A DNA stretch of 64,000 nt, from assembly GCA_963666425.2 (NCBI GenBank), contig OY762825.2:480001-544000 (forward strand), given 5' to 3'. How positions within the stretch are numbered: the first letter of the stretch is position 1; each line of letters begins with the position of its first letter. This document shows positions 31,657 through 41,375 of the stretch, one piece after another. Origin of the DNA: Bacillota bacterium (GTDB lineage: Bacteria; Bacillota; JAAYKD01). The position numbers and the translations under genes are program-made. The notes beneath the pieces are model-generated. The model made no database searches. It had not been told where the DNA came from and was given only the letters and a program-made list of their open reading frames with translations.

Positions 31657-32532
31657 TTAACAATGCGTTATTCGCTCACCATTTTTTCCAAACATATACT
31701 CATGTGTGAGATCTCTCTCAGTATACGGCAAAACAAAAGTATTAGGATTATTATCTATTCTCGTAACAACCTCACAATAGATGCTTTTTTCAGAAGCACA
31801 TGCAACTTCCAAATTGCCAAGTTTCGCTACATTAAGAATCCCATCCTGCATAAGGTCTCGTTTCAGCTCCGCAAAATTCTTTAATGTTACTCCACCGCAT
31901 TGAGTATTGATAGAATGTACATGTTCAAATCGGTTCCCATCATAATCTATTATATAACCTGAAAACGATTGATCATATCGATAAGGAACCTTCAGCACTT
32001 TTTCAATATGGTGTATATAGGTAAAACACTCATCGAAATCAGCTCCAAAGAAAAGGAATTTGACATCATTAACAAGATGAATCCTTTCAAACCCACTGCC
32101 TGGTCCTAATGCCTGAAAGCCAATTTCTCGATCAACTATACCAGCGTTCTCTCCAACTGCAATCATGGAAAGAAGTGGATCAAATGACCTGTGAACATTA
32201 GGTTGTTTACGTATATATTCAATTAAGGCTCCCATGCTGGTTTTGCTATTGCGCACATCGTAATCTTCATGATTACAGAAACTATATGAAAAAGCTGGGA
32301 AAATAAGCGTCCTTACATTGAGGCTCAATAAAACGTCATATAATGCTTGTAAATATCCTTTGCGTCCCAACTCTGGATTTGGTACACCGAACATTACATC
32401 GGTATGAACAAAGAGAATGTCGCATTGATCTGCACCAATACCCTTTAAACATTGAAGAATATCATTCTTTTTATACTTTCTGTTGTTCGTATCAAGAAAA
32501 ACATAATCCTCACTCATCTCAGTAACCTCCAT
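31657..32532 (-). CDS. AAC(3)-family (Antibiotic_NAT) N-acyltransferase
   Basis: LFVH, TLIFPAFSYSF, MGALIEY.R...RS.DPLLS, FTYIHHIE...VPYRY. Confidence 0.8.
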   Translation of the reverse strand: MEVTEMSEDYVFLDTNNRKYKKNDILQCLKGIGADQCDILFVHTDVMFGVPNPELGRKGYLQALYDVLLSLNVRTLIFPAFSYSFCNHEDYDVRNSKTSMGALIEYIRKQPNVHRSFDPLLSMIAVGENAGIVDREIGFQALGPGSGFERIHLVNDVKFLFFGADFDECFTYIHHIEKVLKVPYRYDQSFSGYIIDYDGNRFEHVHSINTQCGGVTLKNFAELKRDLMQDGILNVAKLGNLEVACASEKSIYCEVVTRIDNNPNTFVLPYTERDLTHEYMFGKNGERITHC

Positions 32533-32544
32533 CTGAGGTAATCA

Positions 32545-33300
32545 TTATATATATCCTCCATCCACTTCAATGACTTTGGCGGTAATAGCAGATGAATCAT
32601 TACTTAGCAAAAAAGCACATACCTTGGCAATTTCTTCTGGCTGTAACCATCCAAATATAGCCCGGTCAACAGCAACTTGCATTTGCGCTTCGTTGTGTTG
32701 TTCTTTTATGACTCGTTCTATCATCTCTGTTTTTACACTACCTGGTGATACAGAATTCGCTCGAATACCTCGTGAGCCACACTCTAATGCTATAACTTTC
32801 GTCGCAGCCTCAATCGCTGCCTTTGAGGCAATATATCCCAATTCATATGCTCTTGGATGATTCACTAACGCTGCCGAAATACCAACAATACTTGCGCAAT
32901 CATTACTATATTTCCTTTTCGTAAACTGTCTAGACAATTCAACAAAAGAATAGAAATTAACATTCATTATGCTGTGTAATCTTTCACGTGTAAGCGATTT
33001 GAGTGGCATGATATACGGGATCCCCGCGCAATGAACCATTCCATCAAGTTTCTCGCCATTAACGAGCATTTGATCGAACAGATCTCCATAATCTTTCTCT
33101 TGACTGAAATCTTGAAATAAAGAAATGTGTCCTTCGCCAGATAATCCTGCTATTATATTTTGTAAACGCTCGTTATCCCTACCAATCAATACCATTCTTG
33201 CTCCAAGATTGGCACAGAGAACAACGGTTGCACGTCCGATGCCGGAAGACGCCCCCGTAACAACTATTCTCTTTCCTGCGAGTGACATCGGCGAAGCCAT
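32545..33300 (-). CDS. SDR oxidoreductase (FabG-like)
   Basis: TGASSGIG, YIASK, VSPG.VKT, VDGG. Confidence 0.88.
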   Translation of the reverse strand: MASPMSLAGKRIVVTGASSGIGRATVVLCANLGARMVLIGRDNERLQNIIAGLSGEGHISLFQDFSQEKDYGDLFDQMLVNGEKLDGMVHCAGIPYIMPLKSLTRERLHSIMNVNFYSFVELSRQFTKRKYSNDCASIVGISAALVNHPRAYELGYIASKAAIEAATKVIALECGSRGIRANSVSPGSVKTEMIERVIKEQHNEAQMQVAVDRAIFGWLQPEEIAKVCAFLLSNDSSAITAKVIEVDGGYI

Positions 33301-33302
33301 AG

Positions 33303-33524
33303 TTATTCCTCCATCAGTGCCATCAAATCTGCTACTGTCTTTTGTTCTTTTACTACAGAACCTTTTATAACTTTCCCAAACTCATCATCCATCATGGCCA
33401 TGAATGAAATGAGAGCAATACTATCCCATTCATCCATATCACCCAATACACTAGCTGGTTGCAAGATTGCTGCTTCAACATCCAATACATCCGCTATAAG
33501 TTCAATCTTTCTTTCATCTTTCAT
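33303..33524 (-). CDS. Acyl carrier protein, third copy of a tandem triplet
   Basis: WDSI motif; 224-bp period. Confidence 0.85.
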   Translation of the reverse strand: MKDERKIELIADVLDVEAAILQPASVLGDMDEWDSIALISFMAMMDDEFGKVIKGSVVKEQKTVADLMALMEE

Positions 33525-33526
33525 AA

Positions 33527-33748
33527 TTATTCCTCCATCAGTGCCATCAAATCTGCTACTGTCTTTTGTTCTTTTACTACAGAACCTTTTATAACTTTCC
33601 CAAACTCATCATCCATCATGGCCATGAATGAAATGAGAGCAATACTATCCCATTCATCCATATCACCCAATACACTAGCTGGTTGCAAGGTTGCTGCTTC
33701 AACATCCAATACATCCGCTATAAGTTCAATCTTTCTTTCATCTTTCAT
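33527..33748 (-). CDS. Acyl carrier protein, second copy
   Basis: WDSI motif; one I-to-T change. Confidence 0.85.
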   Translation of the reverse strand: MKDERKIELIADVLDVEAATLQPASVLGDMDEWDSIALISFMAMMDDEFGKVIKGSVVKEQKTVADLMALMEE

Positions 33749-33750
33749 AA

Positions 33751-33972
33751 TTATTCCTCCATCAGTGCCATCAAATTTGCTACTGTCTTTTGTTCTTTTA
33801 CTACAGAACCTTTTATAACTTTCCCAAACTCATCATCCATCATGGCCATGAATGAAATGAGAGCAATACTATCCCATTCATCCATATCACCCAATACACT
33901 AGCTGGTTGCAAGATTGCTGCTTCAACATCCAATACATCCGCTATAAGTTCAATCTTTCTTTCATCTTTCAT
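33751..33972 (-). CDS. Acyl carrier protein, first copy
   Basis: WDSI motif; one D-to-N change. Confidence 0.85.
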   Translation of the reverse strand: MKDERKIELIADVLDVEAAILQPASVLGDMDEWDSIALISFMAMMDDEFGKVIKGSVVKEQKTVANLMALMEE

Positions 33973-34007
33973 AATTATTCCTCCTGTTTGCTTAACCTTT
34001 TGGTTGC

Positions 34008-34895
34008 CTAATTTTCAATTGTAATAATTTCTGCTTCAGGCAAAGTCTTTTTCACAAAACCTGAAAGTGTATGTCCCGGACCGCATTCTATAAATGAATC
34101 AATTCCATCGTCCCACATATTGAGAAGCGTTTGCTGCCAGTATACAGGTGATGTTACTTGCGCAATCACCTTCTCAATCAGCTGATCCTTACTATGTATT
34201 TTCAACGCATCAACATTCATATAAATAGGAATTTGTGGATCATTGGTACTGATTTCTCTTAAGACTTTTTCTAGTTTTTTCGTAGCTGGTTCCATCAGTT
34301 TACAGTGGAAGGGAGCACTAACAGCCAATTTCACAGCACGCACTTTCCTACTTATGGCTTTTGCGACTAATTCATCGATAGCACTGTTCTCACCAGAAAC
34401 CACAATTTGCTCTGGAGAGTTTATATTAGCAGGAACAACATAACCGTCAACTTCATCACACAAAGCTTGTACTTCCTTAAGTGACAGATTCTTGATGGCC
34501 GCCATCGCACCTTGTCCTACTGGAACGGCCTCCTGCATAGCATCTGCCCTAATTTGAACAAGTTTAAAAGCATTCTCTATTGACAAACATCCAGATACTA
34601 CCAATGCAGCATATTCTCCCAATGAAAATCCTGCTACAGCATCTGCACTGTAACCTTTTGATTTAGCAGCTTCATACGCAGCTAAATCTGCCGCCAACAC
34701 ACACGGCTGCGTGTTGTGGGTGAGATTCAGTTCTTCTTGTGTTCCTTCGAAGCATAAGCTCGATATACTTCTATTAAGGACCTTATCTGCAATATCAAAT
34801 ACTTTTTTGGCCTGTAAAACAGATTCATAGTACTCTTTCATCATTCCAGGTGTTTGTGCACCCTGACCGCTAAAAATCATCGCTGTTTTTCTCAT
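34008..34895 (-). CDS. fabD: Malonyl-CoA:ACP transacylase
   Basis: FSGQGAQ, GFSLGEY, AVSAPFH, ECGPG. Confidence 0.9.
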   Translation of the reverse strand: MRKTAMIFSGQGAQTPGMMKEYYESVLQAKKVFDIADKVLNRSISSLCFEGTQEELNLTHNTQPCVLAADLAAYEAAKSKGYSADAVAGFSLGEYAALVVSGCLSIENAFKLVQIRADAMQEAVPVGQGAMAAIKNLSLKEVQALCDEVDGYVVPANINSPEQIVVSGENSAIDELVAKAISRKVRAVKLAVSAPFHCKLMEPATKKLEKVLREISTNDPQIPIYMNVDALKIHSKDQLIEKVIAQVTSPVYWQQTLLNMWDDGIDSFIECGPGHTLSGFVKKTLPEAEIITIEN

Positions 34896-34905
34896 TGGAA
34901 GCCTC

Positions 34906-35535
34906 CTAAATATCTAAAACTCTTGCTGGATTTCCAAACACCTTTTTCCCTGGGGCGACACTCCGTATAACAATACTACCAGCTCCAACATATGCGCCAG
35001 CCCCGACTATCTTGTTTGGGATAACTGTCGAATGACTACCAATATATGCGCCTTTTCCTATATGAACATGGCCACAAATATCACATAATCCGCTAATTGT
35101 CGCATAATCTTCGATTACTGCATCATGGCCTGCTCCTGAAATTAGTGTTACAAAGTCACCAACTTTAGTATTAGGACTTAGCCCAGCTCCAGGATACATG
35201 ACAATTCCTTCACCTAATGAAACAAAATCAGAAATAATAGCCTCTGGATGAATCACAGAAGTGAAGATAGCACCTTTTCCTTTTAGTAAACTAACAACCT
35301 TCTCCTTAATCACTGGGTTAGCCAAGGCTAAAGCAAACATTTCATTCTCCCCCGGCATCCAGTCTTGAATAGAACCAATAACCAAATAGTCGCATTCATA
35401 TTTCTCTAAAGCCATTGGATTATCATCTATAAAGCCTTTGATGATCCAAGTTGGGTTTTTCTTATTAATTTCTTTACACCATTGAAGCACTTCTCTGCCA
35501 TAGCCACTTGCTCCGACAATTATTAATTCTTTCAT
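34906..35535 (-). CDS. NeuD/PglD-family sugar acetyltransferase
   Basis: IVGASGYGRE, IHP, GHD catalytic motif, GNPAR. Confidence 0.88.
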   Translation of the reverse strand: MKELIIVGASGYGREVLQWCKEINKKNPTWIIKGFIDDNPMALEKYECDYLVIGSIQDWMPGENEMFALALANPVIKEKVVSLLKGKGAIFTSVIHPEAIISDFVSLGEGIVMYPGAGLSPNTKVGDFVTLISGAGHDAVIEDYATISGLCDICGHVHIGKGAYIGSHSTVIPNKIVGAGAYVGAGSIVIRSVAPGKKVFGNPARVLDI

Positions 35536-35568
35536 TAGTTTTACCGTCCGTTACTTCTATCTTTTAAT

Positions 35569-36168
35569 TTAACCCATAAATTCTTCCATCGTTGCTGAAG
35601 TCTCGCTAGTAATACCGTCATGTTTCAGCACAATCTTTATTGTGTCAAAAAAGATTTTCATATCTGTTTTAAAAGTAATGTGCTTTGTGTACCATAAATC
35701 CATTGCAAACTTATCACCCCAAGATACAGCATTTCTTCCATTAGCTTGAGCATAACCAGTAAGACCAGGTCGCACGTCATGTCTGTGATGTTGCTCTTCG
35801 TTGTATCGCTCAAGGTATCTGACGAGGAGCGGCCTCGGACCAATTATCGACATGTCTCCCATAAGAATATTGATTAGCTCAGGTAGTTCATCGAGTGAAG
35901 TGACACGCAAAAACTTTCCGTAGCTATTTAACCTTACTTCGTCCGGGAGCAATTCTCCACTTGCATCTATCCGGTTATCCATTGTCCGAAATTTGATGAG
36001 TTTGAAAATCTTCTCATGCCACCCAGGTCGCTCTTGAATAAAGAACGGATCGCCACCCATGAATATAGCGCCATTGACAATCAGGCATAAAAACAATGGT
36101 GAGAGAACAATAAGAATACCCAGCGTTAATGTAAAATCCAATAGCCGTTTTATATATCTAGCATACAT
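35569..36168 (-). CDS. Initiating phosphoglycosyltransferase (PglC/EpsL-like)
   Basis: KRLLD, KFRTM, SLDELPEL.N.L.GDMS.IGPRP, RPGLTG. Confidence 0.92.
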   Translation of the reverse strand: MYARYIKRLLDFTLTLGILIVLSPLFLCLIVNGAIFMGGDPFFIQERPGWHEKIFKLIKFRTMDNRIDASGELLPDEVRLNSYGKFLRVTSLDELPELINILMGDMSIIGPRPLLVRYLERYNEEQHHRHDVRPGLTGYAQANGRNAVSWGDKFAMDLWYTKHITFKTDMKIFFDTIKIVLKHDGITSETSATMEEFMG

Positions 36169-36527
36169 TTCTGAACCTCACTCAAAACACAATCTAGTTG
36201 TCTCAATAATCTTGCTCGGCTCAACCGTGGTAAGCTAATTACCAGATGGTAAGCATAGTCCAAGTTGAAAAAATCCGCGTTAATATCAGTGTTTGTGTTA
36301 GCCGGAGTGATGAAAGTGTCAAGCAGATTTCTACCATTACGAAACAGAAACAAATGAATTCATTAGTACATAGGTTGGAGATTTCATCGACTTCTGGATT
36401 TAGCGGTCTTCTGCGCCAAGAATCAGGGTATCAAGGCATCTTATCAAGCGCAATATTTACTTATCTTTTATGTTTTCTTATCAATGACATTGTTCTTTCT
36501 CCTGCTTTGGAAGGCAATAAAGCTACA

Positions 36528-37160
36528 TCACCTACGCAGTCCATGCGAGCTAACAACCTCGCCACAATCTATCAAAGTCCAGTCCTTAACCACTGCATAT
36601 CTGTCAATGGTGGAACCACTTGAAATGATACTTCCCATACCAATTACAGCTCCAGCGCCAATAGTTGCGCCTGCGCACACAACTGTTCCTATGCCTATCG
36701 TTGCATTAGAGGAAACCACTGCGGCTGGATGAATCAACTTCGGAATAATAAAGCCCTCATTAATCAATCTCTGCATCCACTTAGCACGCAAAGTGTTATT
36801 ACCAACAGCAGGAATTGCAACTGTGTATTCATCTGAAAACCGGCCGGAATCATCACACATTCCTAAAGTATTTGTTTTTGATATGTCATCATCCAGAAAG
36901 CTTATCTTACGAAACAGACGAAGGCTCTGCACCAACTCCAATACTTCCTCACCGTAGCTACCTGCTCCAAGGATTAGCAAGTTCAGTTCTTTTATGATAG
37001 GTGGTTTGTATACGATTTTGCTACGCTTTTGTTCTGCCTCTTCGTACGTTTGGCCGTAACAATAGCCATATTGAATCTGACCGTTTTTATCACGCGCTTT
37101 GATGTAACGTGCTTCAAACCTACCGTCTTTCCGTTGGTGAACGTTGTTACCAGTTCTCAT
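36528..37160 (-). CDS. Fusion of an integrase N-terminal DNA-binding-like domain and a PglD-like domain
   Basis: N-terminal NVHQRKDGRFEARY...YGYCYGQTYEEA; then LLILGAGSYG, FLDD, VGNN..R, IHP and hexapeptide repeats; GGAGG RBS. Confidence 0.75.
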   Translation of the reverse strand: MRTGNNVHQRKDGRFEARYIKARDKNGQIQYGYCYGQTYEEAEQKRSKIVYKPPIIKELNLLILGAGSYGEEVLELVQSLRLFRKISFLDDDISKTNTLGMCDDSGRFSDEYTVAIPAVGNNTLRAKWMQRLINEGFIIPKLIHPAAVVSSNATIGIGTVVCAGATIGAGAVIGMGSIISSGSTIDRYAVVKDWTLIDCGEVVSSHGLRR

Positions 37161-37172
37161 TACCCCTCCAAT

Positions 37173-37283
37173 AGTGGTCTTAAGTGGTCATTAATACAAT
37201 TTAACAATGAGATTATAACCCAAAACAACTTATATTACAAGAGTTTCTGAAAATATGCATCAGATACTTATTGATGACCACTT
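37173..37283 (-). promoter_or_regulatory. Internal sigma70 promoter flanked by AGTGGTC repeats and a 15-bp inverted repeat
   Basis: TTGTAA (37240-37235)-17-TATAAT (37217-37212); AAGTGGTCATTAATA (37182-37196) versus TATTGATGACCACTT (37269-37283). Confidence 0.7.
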
Positions 37284-37582
37284 TTATCGCCATGTATAGT
37301 AGTCGTTTATGTTTAGCTGTTAATTTACCCGCCGCGCTCCCTGGCGTGGTAATTAGCATGGGTTGCCTTTAACATCCGGTTATCTCTTCTGATACCCTCT
37401 ATATGTATTCACCTAAACTATCCGTAAACCCTGATTTGTAACGGGTTTCTTCAGTGAGTTTACGGCTCACACTTTACATTCTTCTATTGAGTTCTTTTTG
37501 TTCATCAGATATTTTTTATTTTTTTGATATATTCTTCGCATTTTAAACCGTTTGAAAAAACCTACTAATAAGTGTTTCCGCT

Positions 37583-38689
37583 TCACAGGCTTTTAATTAT
37601 CCTACATACTCTATTTAAATCCTCAACAGTCATCTTCGTATCGCTTGGCAAGCAAACTCCCATCTCGAATATTTCTCCTGAAATACCAGCGCCAATAAAA
37701 TCATATTTCTCAAAGAATGGTTGCAAATGCATTGGTTTCCAAATTGGTCTTGTTTCAATATTTTCTTTCTCTAAAGCTAATATAACATCAAATGGCTTTA
37801 TTTTTCCACTTAAAGTAATGCAAGTTAGCCAACAATTAGGATTATTCCAGTCATTAATAGGCATAAAATGAATTCCATCCAATTTGCCTAATTCTTTTTT
37901 ATAAAAATCAAAAATATACCTTTTCTTAGCAATTCGTTGCTCCAATACTTTGAGTTGCCCTCTGCCGATACCTGCCACAATATTACTCATCCGGTAGTTA
38001 TAACCTAATTCGCTGTGTTGATAATGCCTTGCTTTATCTCGGCTCTGAGTTGACCAAAATCTTACTTTTGTTATTCTCTCTTCATTATCGGAAACCAACA
38101 TACCACCACCTGAGGTAGTGATGATTTTGTTTCCGTTAAAAGAAAAGATGCCATAGTTCCCAAAGGTACCCGTATGTTTTCCTTTATAGGTGGTACCTAA
38201 GGATTCCGCTGCATCTTCGATTAATGGAACATTATGCTTTTTGCATAACTCCATGATTGGGTCCAAATCGGCTGCAAGACCATAGAGATGAACAACAATT
38301 ACCGCTTTTACATTTGGATATTTCTCAAATGCTTCTGCCAGCAATTTAGGATCCATATTCCAGGTTTTTTCATCGCTATCGATGAAAACAGGAATCGCAT
38401 TTTGATAAATCACCGGATTGATGGTAGCGGAGAAAGTTAAGCTGGGGCAAAACACGATATCTCCTGCTCCAACTCCAGCAGCTACGAGTGCCATATGAAT
38501 TGCTGCTGTACCTGAAATTAAAGCTGCCGCATGTTTTGAGCCAACATAGGCAGCTAATTCGGTTTCAAATCCTGTTACATTTGCTCCCAAAGGAGCAATC
38601 CAGTTTGTGTCGAAAGCCTCTTTTACATATGCTTGCTCATAACCTTCATCACTCATGTGAGGTGATGATAAATAAATCCGCTCTGCCAT
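37583..38689 (-). CDS. DegT/DnrJ/EryC1 sugar aminotransferase (PglE/EpsN-like)
   Basis: YLSSPH, SGTAAIH, EDAAESLG, SFNGNKIIT..GGG. Confidence 0.93.
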   Translation of the reverse strand: MAERIYLSSPHMSDEGYEQAYVKEAFDTNWIAPLGANVTGFETELAAYVGSKHAAALISGTAAIHMALVAAGVGAGDIVFCPSLTFSATINPVIYQNAIPVFIDSDEKTWNMDPKLLAEAFEKYPNVKAVIVVHLYGLAADLDPIMELCKKHNVPLIEDAAESLGTTYKGKHTGTFGNYGIFSFNGNKIITTSGGGMLVSDNEERITKVRFWSTQSRDKARHYQHSELGYNYRMSNIVAGIGRGQLKVLEQRIAKKRYIFDFYKKELGKLDGIHFMPINDWNNPNCWLTCITLSGKIKPFDVILALEKENIETRPIWKPMHLQPFFEKYDFIGAGISGEIFEMGVCLPSDTKMTVEDLNRVCRIIKSL

Positions 38690-38834
38690 AACATCACTTC
38701 TCCTTAATTATAAATTAGATTTATAAAAATAACTGAACTTCTATTTTCGGCATGATTAATATGGTTTCCTGCAAAAAAATTCTCTTAAACTGCATTTTAT
38801 TTAGAAAAAAATTTGTAGATAGTATTATTGAACA

Positions 38835-40721
38835 CTAATCCATTTCACTCATTTCTGGTGCTTCCGCAGCAGAGAAATTGACTTCATCCGCATTGTGGTA
38901 AGTTGATACCACTTGCATCATGGCGGAACGAATGGTTGCATTGCCGCCTTCTTCCAGCGCTTTTGCTAATATTGCCAGTTTTTCTTCTAGAATAGCTCTG
39001 GTAATTGGCTCATCACGCTCAATAAAGATGAGTTCATTTTCGGTTTTATTCAGATCCTTTTTCCTCATCAACAGCTCTTCATAAAGCTTTTCGCCGGGGC
39101 GCAATCCAATTTCTACAATCTTAATATCTTCGTAGGGCTTTAAGCCGGAAAGTCGAATCAAGTTTTCGGCTAGATCCAAAATGCGCACCGGGTTACCCAT
39201 ATCGAGTACATAAATTTCGGATTTGGCCGCCATAGCCCCAGTCTGCAGCACAAGCTGTGAGGCTTCAGGTATCGTCATAAAGTAGCGGATGATGCGGTTA
39301 TCGGTAATGGTCACCGGTCCACCACTTTCAATTTGCTTTTTAAATAATGGGATTACAGAACCATTGGAACCTAAGACGTTGCCGAAGCGGACCGCCACAA
39401 AATCGGTCTTGCTGTCTTTACGGCTTTGGATGATTTTCTCGCACATGCGCTTGGAAGCACCCATAATATTGGTTGGGTTAACGGCTTTATCGGTAGAAAT
39501 GAGGATGAATTTCTGCACTGCATATTTCTCGGCCAGGTTCGCTAAAACGTAAGTACCAAAGACATTGTTCTTCACAGCTTCGCTGCAGCTTTGCTCCATA
39601 AAGGGTACATGTTTATGCGCAGCGGCGTGGAAAACAATTTCTGGCCGGTAGATAGCGAATAGTTCATCCATCTTATTTTCATCCCGCACGGAGGCAATTT
39701 CCACCGCCAAATTCAATTTTAAGCCGTAAGTGCGGATCAGTTCTTGCTGAATATCGTAAGCGTTATTTTCGTATATATCAATAATGACGAGTTGTTTTGG
39801 CTGCAACTTTGCAATCTGCCGGCAGAGTTCGCTGCCAATGGAGCCGCCGCCGCCGGTGATCAGAATCTTCTTGTTGCGGTAAAACTCCTTGGCTTCCGGG
39901 CTGTTGACGGTATGCGTGTTGCGGAAAAGCAGGTCTTCAATGTGCACGTCGCGCAAGGTCAGTTTGTGTTCGGAAAGGCCGTCTTCCAATAAGGGGTAGT
40001 CATACATTTTTACTGGGCAATCGGTGACAGAGTATTTTTCGTAGATCTCTTTTTTTTGCTCGGGTGGCAGATCCGGCAGGGCAATGATAAATTGCTGAAT
40101 TTGATATTTGGTAATCATTTCATTTAAATCGGCAGAAATGGGAATTACCCGGACGCCTTTGATCAGGCTGCCAATCTTGAGGGGATCGCTATCGATAAAA
40201 CAAACAGGGTGATATTTCTTTTTGCGGTCGTTGATCAATTCGGTAATTAGTAAAGAGCCCACTGCACCGGCGCCTACGATGGCGATGTTGAGCTTTTCAA
40301 TGCCGGTTTGTTCCGCGGTTTCTTTTTGGCGCAGATAACCGCGCAGAATTTGGTAGAGGAAACGAGCAGAAAGGGTGGCCAGTGTTGCCACTGAGATTAA
40401 GGCAACGCTTCTGAGGAAGGTAATATGGGTAGGTAGGACATTGCTGAGCAACAGATAAGCGATGCCGGCAATCAGGTCGGAAATGACCAATTGGAAGTAT
40501 TCGCTGGCTTGGGCATAACGCCAGACATTGGAATAGATGTGGAAGAGGAAGCGGCAGACGCTAACCAAGAAGAGGATGAGTAGGGCATGGGTAATACGCT
40601 CGGTCGTAGAGAGCTTGGTGACTTCGCTGGGGTAGTAGCCCAGCATGAGTAAGCTCGAGACGAGAAAGCAGGTAAGGTCAACGAAGATGAGGGTAATTTT
40701 GTGGCGGCTTTTGCTGTTCAT
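38835..40721 (-). CDS. UDP-GlcNAc 4,6-dehydratase (PglF/CapD-like)
   Basis: Four TM segments; GGGGSIGSEL, HAAAHKHVP, STDKAV.PTNIMGASKR, RFGNVLGS.GSV. Confidence 0.93.
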   Translation of the reverse strand: MNSKSRHKITLIFVDLTCFLVSSLLMLGYYPSEVTKLSTTERITHALLILFLVSVCRFLFHIYSNVWRYAQASEYFQLVISDLIAGIAYLLLSNVLPTHITFLRSVALISVATLATLSARFLYQILRGYLRQKETAEQTGIEKLNIAIVGAGAVGSLLITELINDRKKKYHPVCFIDSDPLKIGSLIKGVRVIPISADLNEMITKYQIQQFIIALPDLPPEQKKEIYEKYSVTDCPVKMYDYPLLEDGLSEHKLTLRDVHIEDLLFRNTHTVNSPEAKEFYRNKKILITGGGGSIGSELCRQIAKLQPKQLVIIDIYENNAYDIQQELIRTYGLKLNLAVEIASVRDENKMDELFAIYRPEIVFHAAAHKHVPFMEQSCSEAVKNNVFGTYVLANLAEKYAVQKFILISTDKAVNPTNIMGASKRMCEKIIQSRKDSKTDFVAVRFGNVLGSNGSVIPLFKKQIESGGPVTITDNRIIRYFMTIPEASQLVLQTGAMAAKSEIYVLDMGNPVRILDLAENLIRLSGLKPYEDIKIVEIGLRPGEKLYEELLMRKKDLNKTENELIFIERDEPITRAILEEKLAILAKALEEGGNATIRSAMMQVVSTYHNADEVNFSAAEAPEMSEMD

Positions 40722-40764
40722 TATGTAGTCTCCCTAGTTTAGTGGAGGTAAAAATATTAGAGGG

Positions 40765-41375
40765 GTACGAGGACGGAGAGGACGGGGATGATAGTGGGAA
40801 ATGATATGAGTAGAACATGAAGGGTGAGATGGGGACGAGGGACGAGGGACGGAGGACGGAGGACGGAGGACGGAGGACGCGGAATGGTCAAGACCATTCC
40901 CTACATTGCGAGATCGTTGGAAATATGATGAGTAGAATTTGAAGGGTGAGATGGGACGATCGTTGGAAATAAGATGAGTAGAAGATGAAGGGCTAGATGG
41001 GGGCGGGGGGACGGGGAACGAAGGGACGCGGAATGGTCAAGACCATTCCCTACATTGCGTGATAGTGAGAAATAAGATGAGAAGAATGAGGTAGATGAAT
41101 AAAGGCGAGGGAACGGAGGACGGGGGACGGGAGGACGAGGTCAAGGGACGCGGAATGGTCAAGACCATTCCCTACATTGCGTGATAGTGAGAAATAAGAT
41201 GAATAGAACGTGAAGGGTGAGATGGGACGAAGGACGGAGGGACGCGGAATGGTCAAGACCATTCCCTACATTGCGAGATCGTTGGGAATAAGATGAGTAG
41301 AAGATGAAGGGAGGATGAGGACGGAAAGAGAGAAATAAGACAAGTAGAATTTTAAAGGTGAAATGGGGGCGATGA
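40765..41375 (-). repeat. REP array (4 copies, AAT variant) with purine-rich satellite; a fifth copy lies at 41680
   Basis: GCGGAATGGTCAAGACCATTCCCTAC at 40879, 41028, 41150, 41244 and 41680; (GGACGGA)n at about 40847-40878. Confidence 0.92.

Noticed and set aside
31657-32532. Aminoglycoside resistance gene aac(3)
   Set aside because: It sits among ACP/FabH/SDR genes in a biosynthetic operon, so an acyl-transfer role in polysaccharide tailoring is more likely.
36150-36500. Small ORFs between pglC and the fusion gene
   Set aside because: No recognisable motifs and interrupted frames; at most a decayed remnant.
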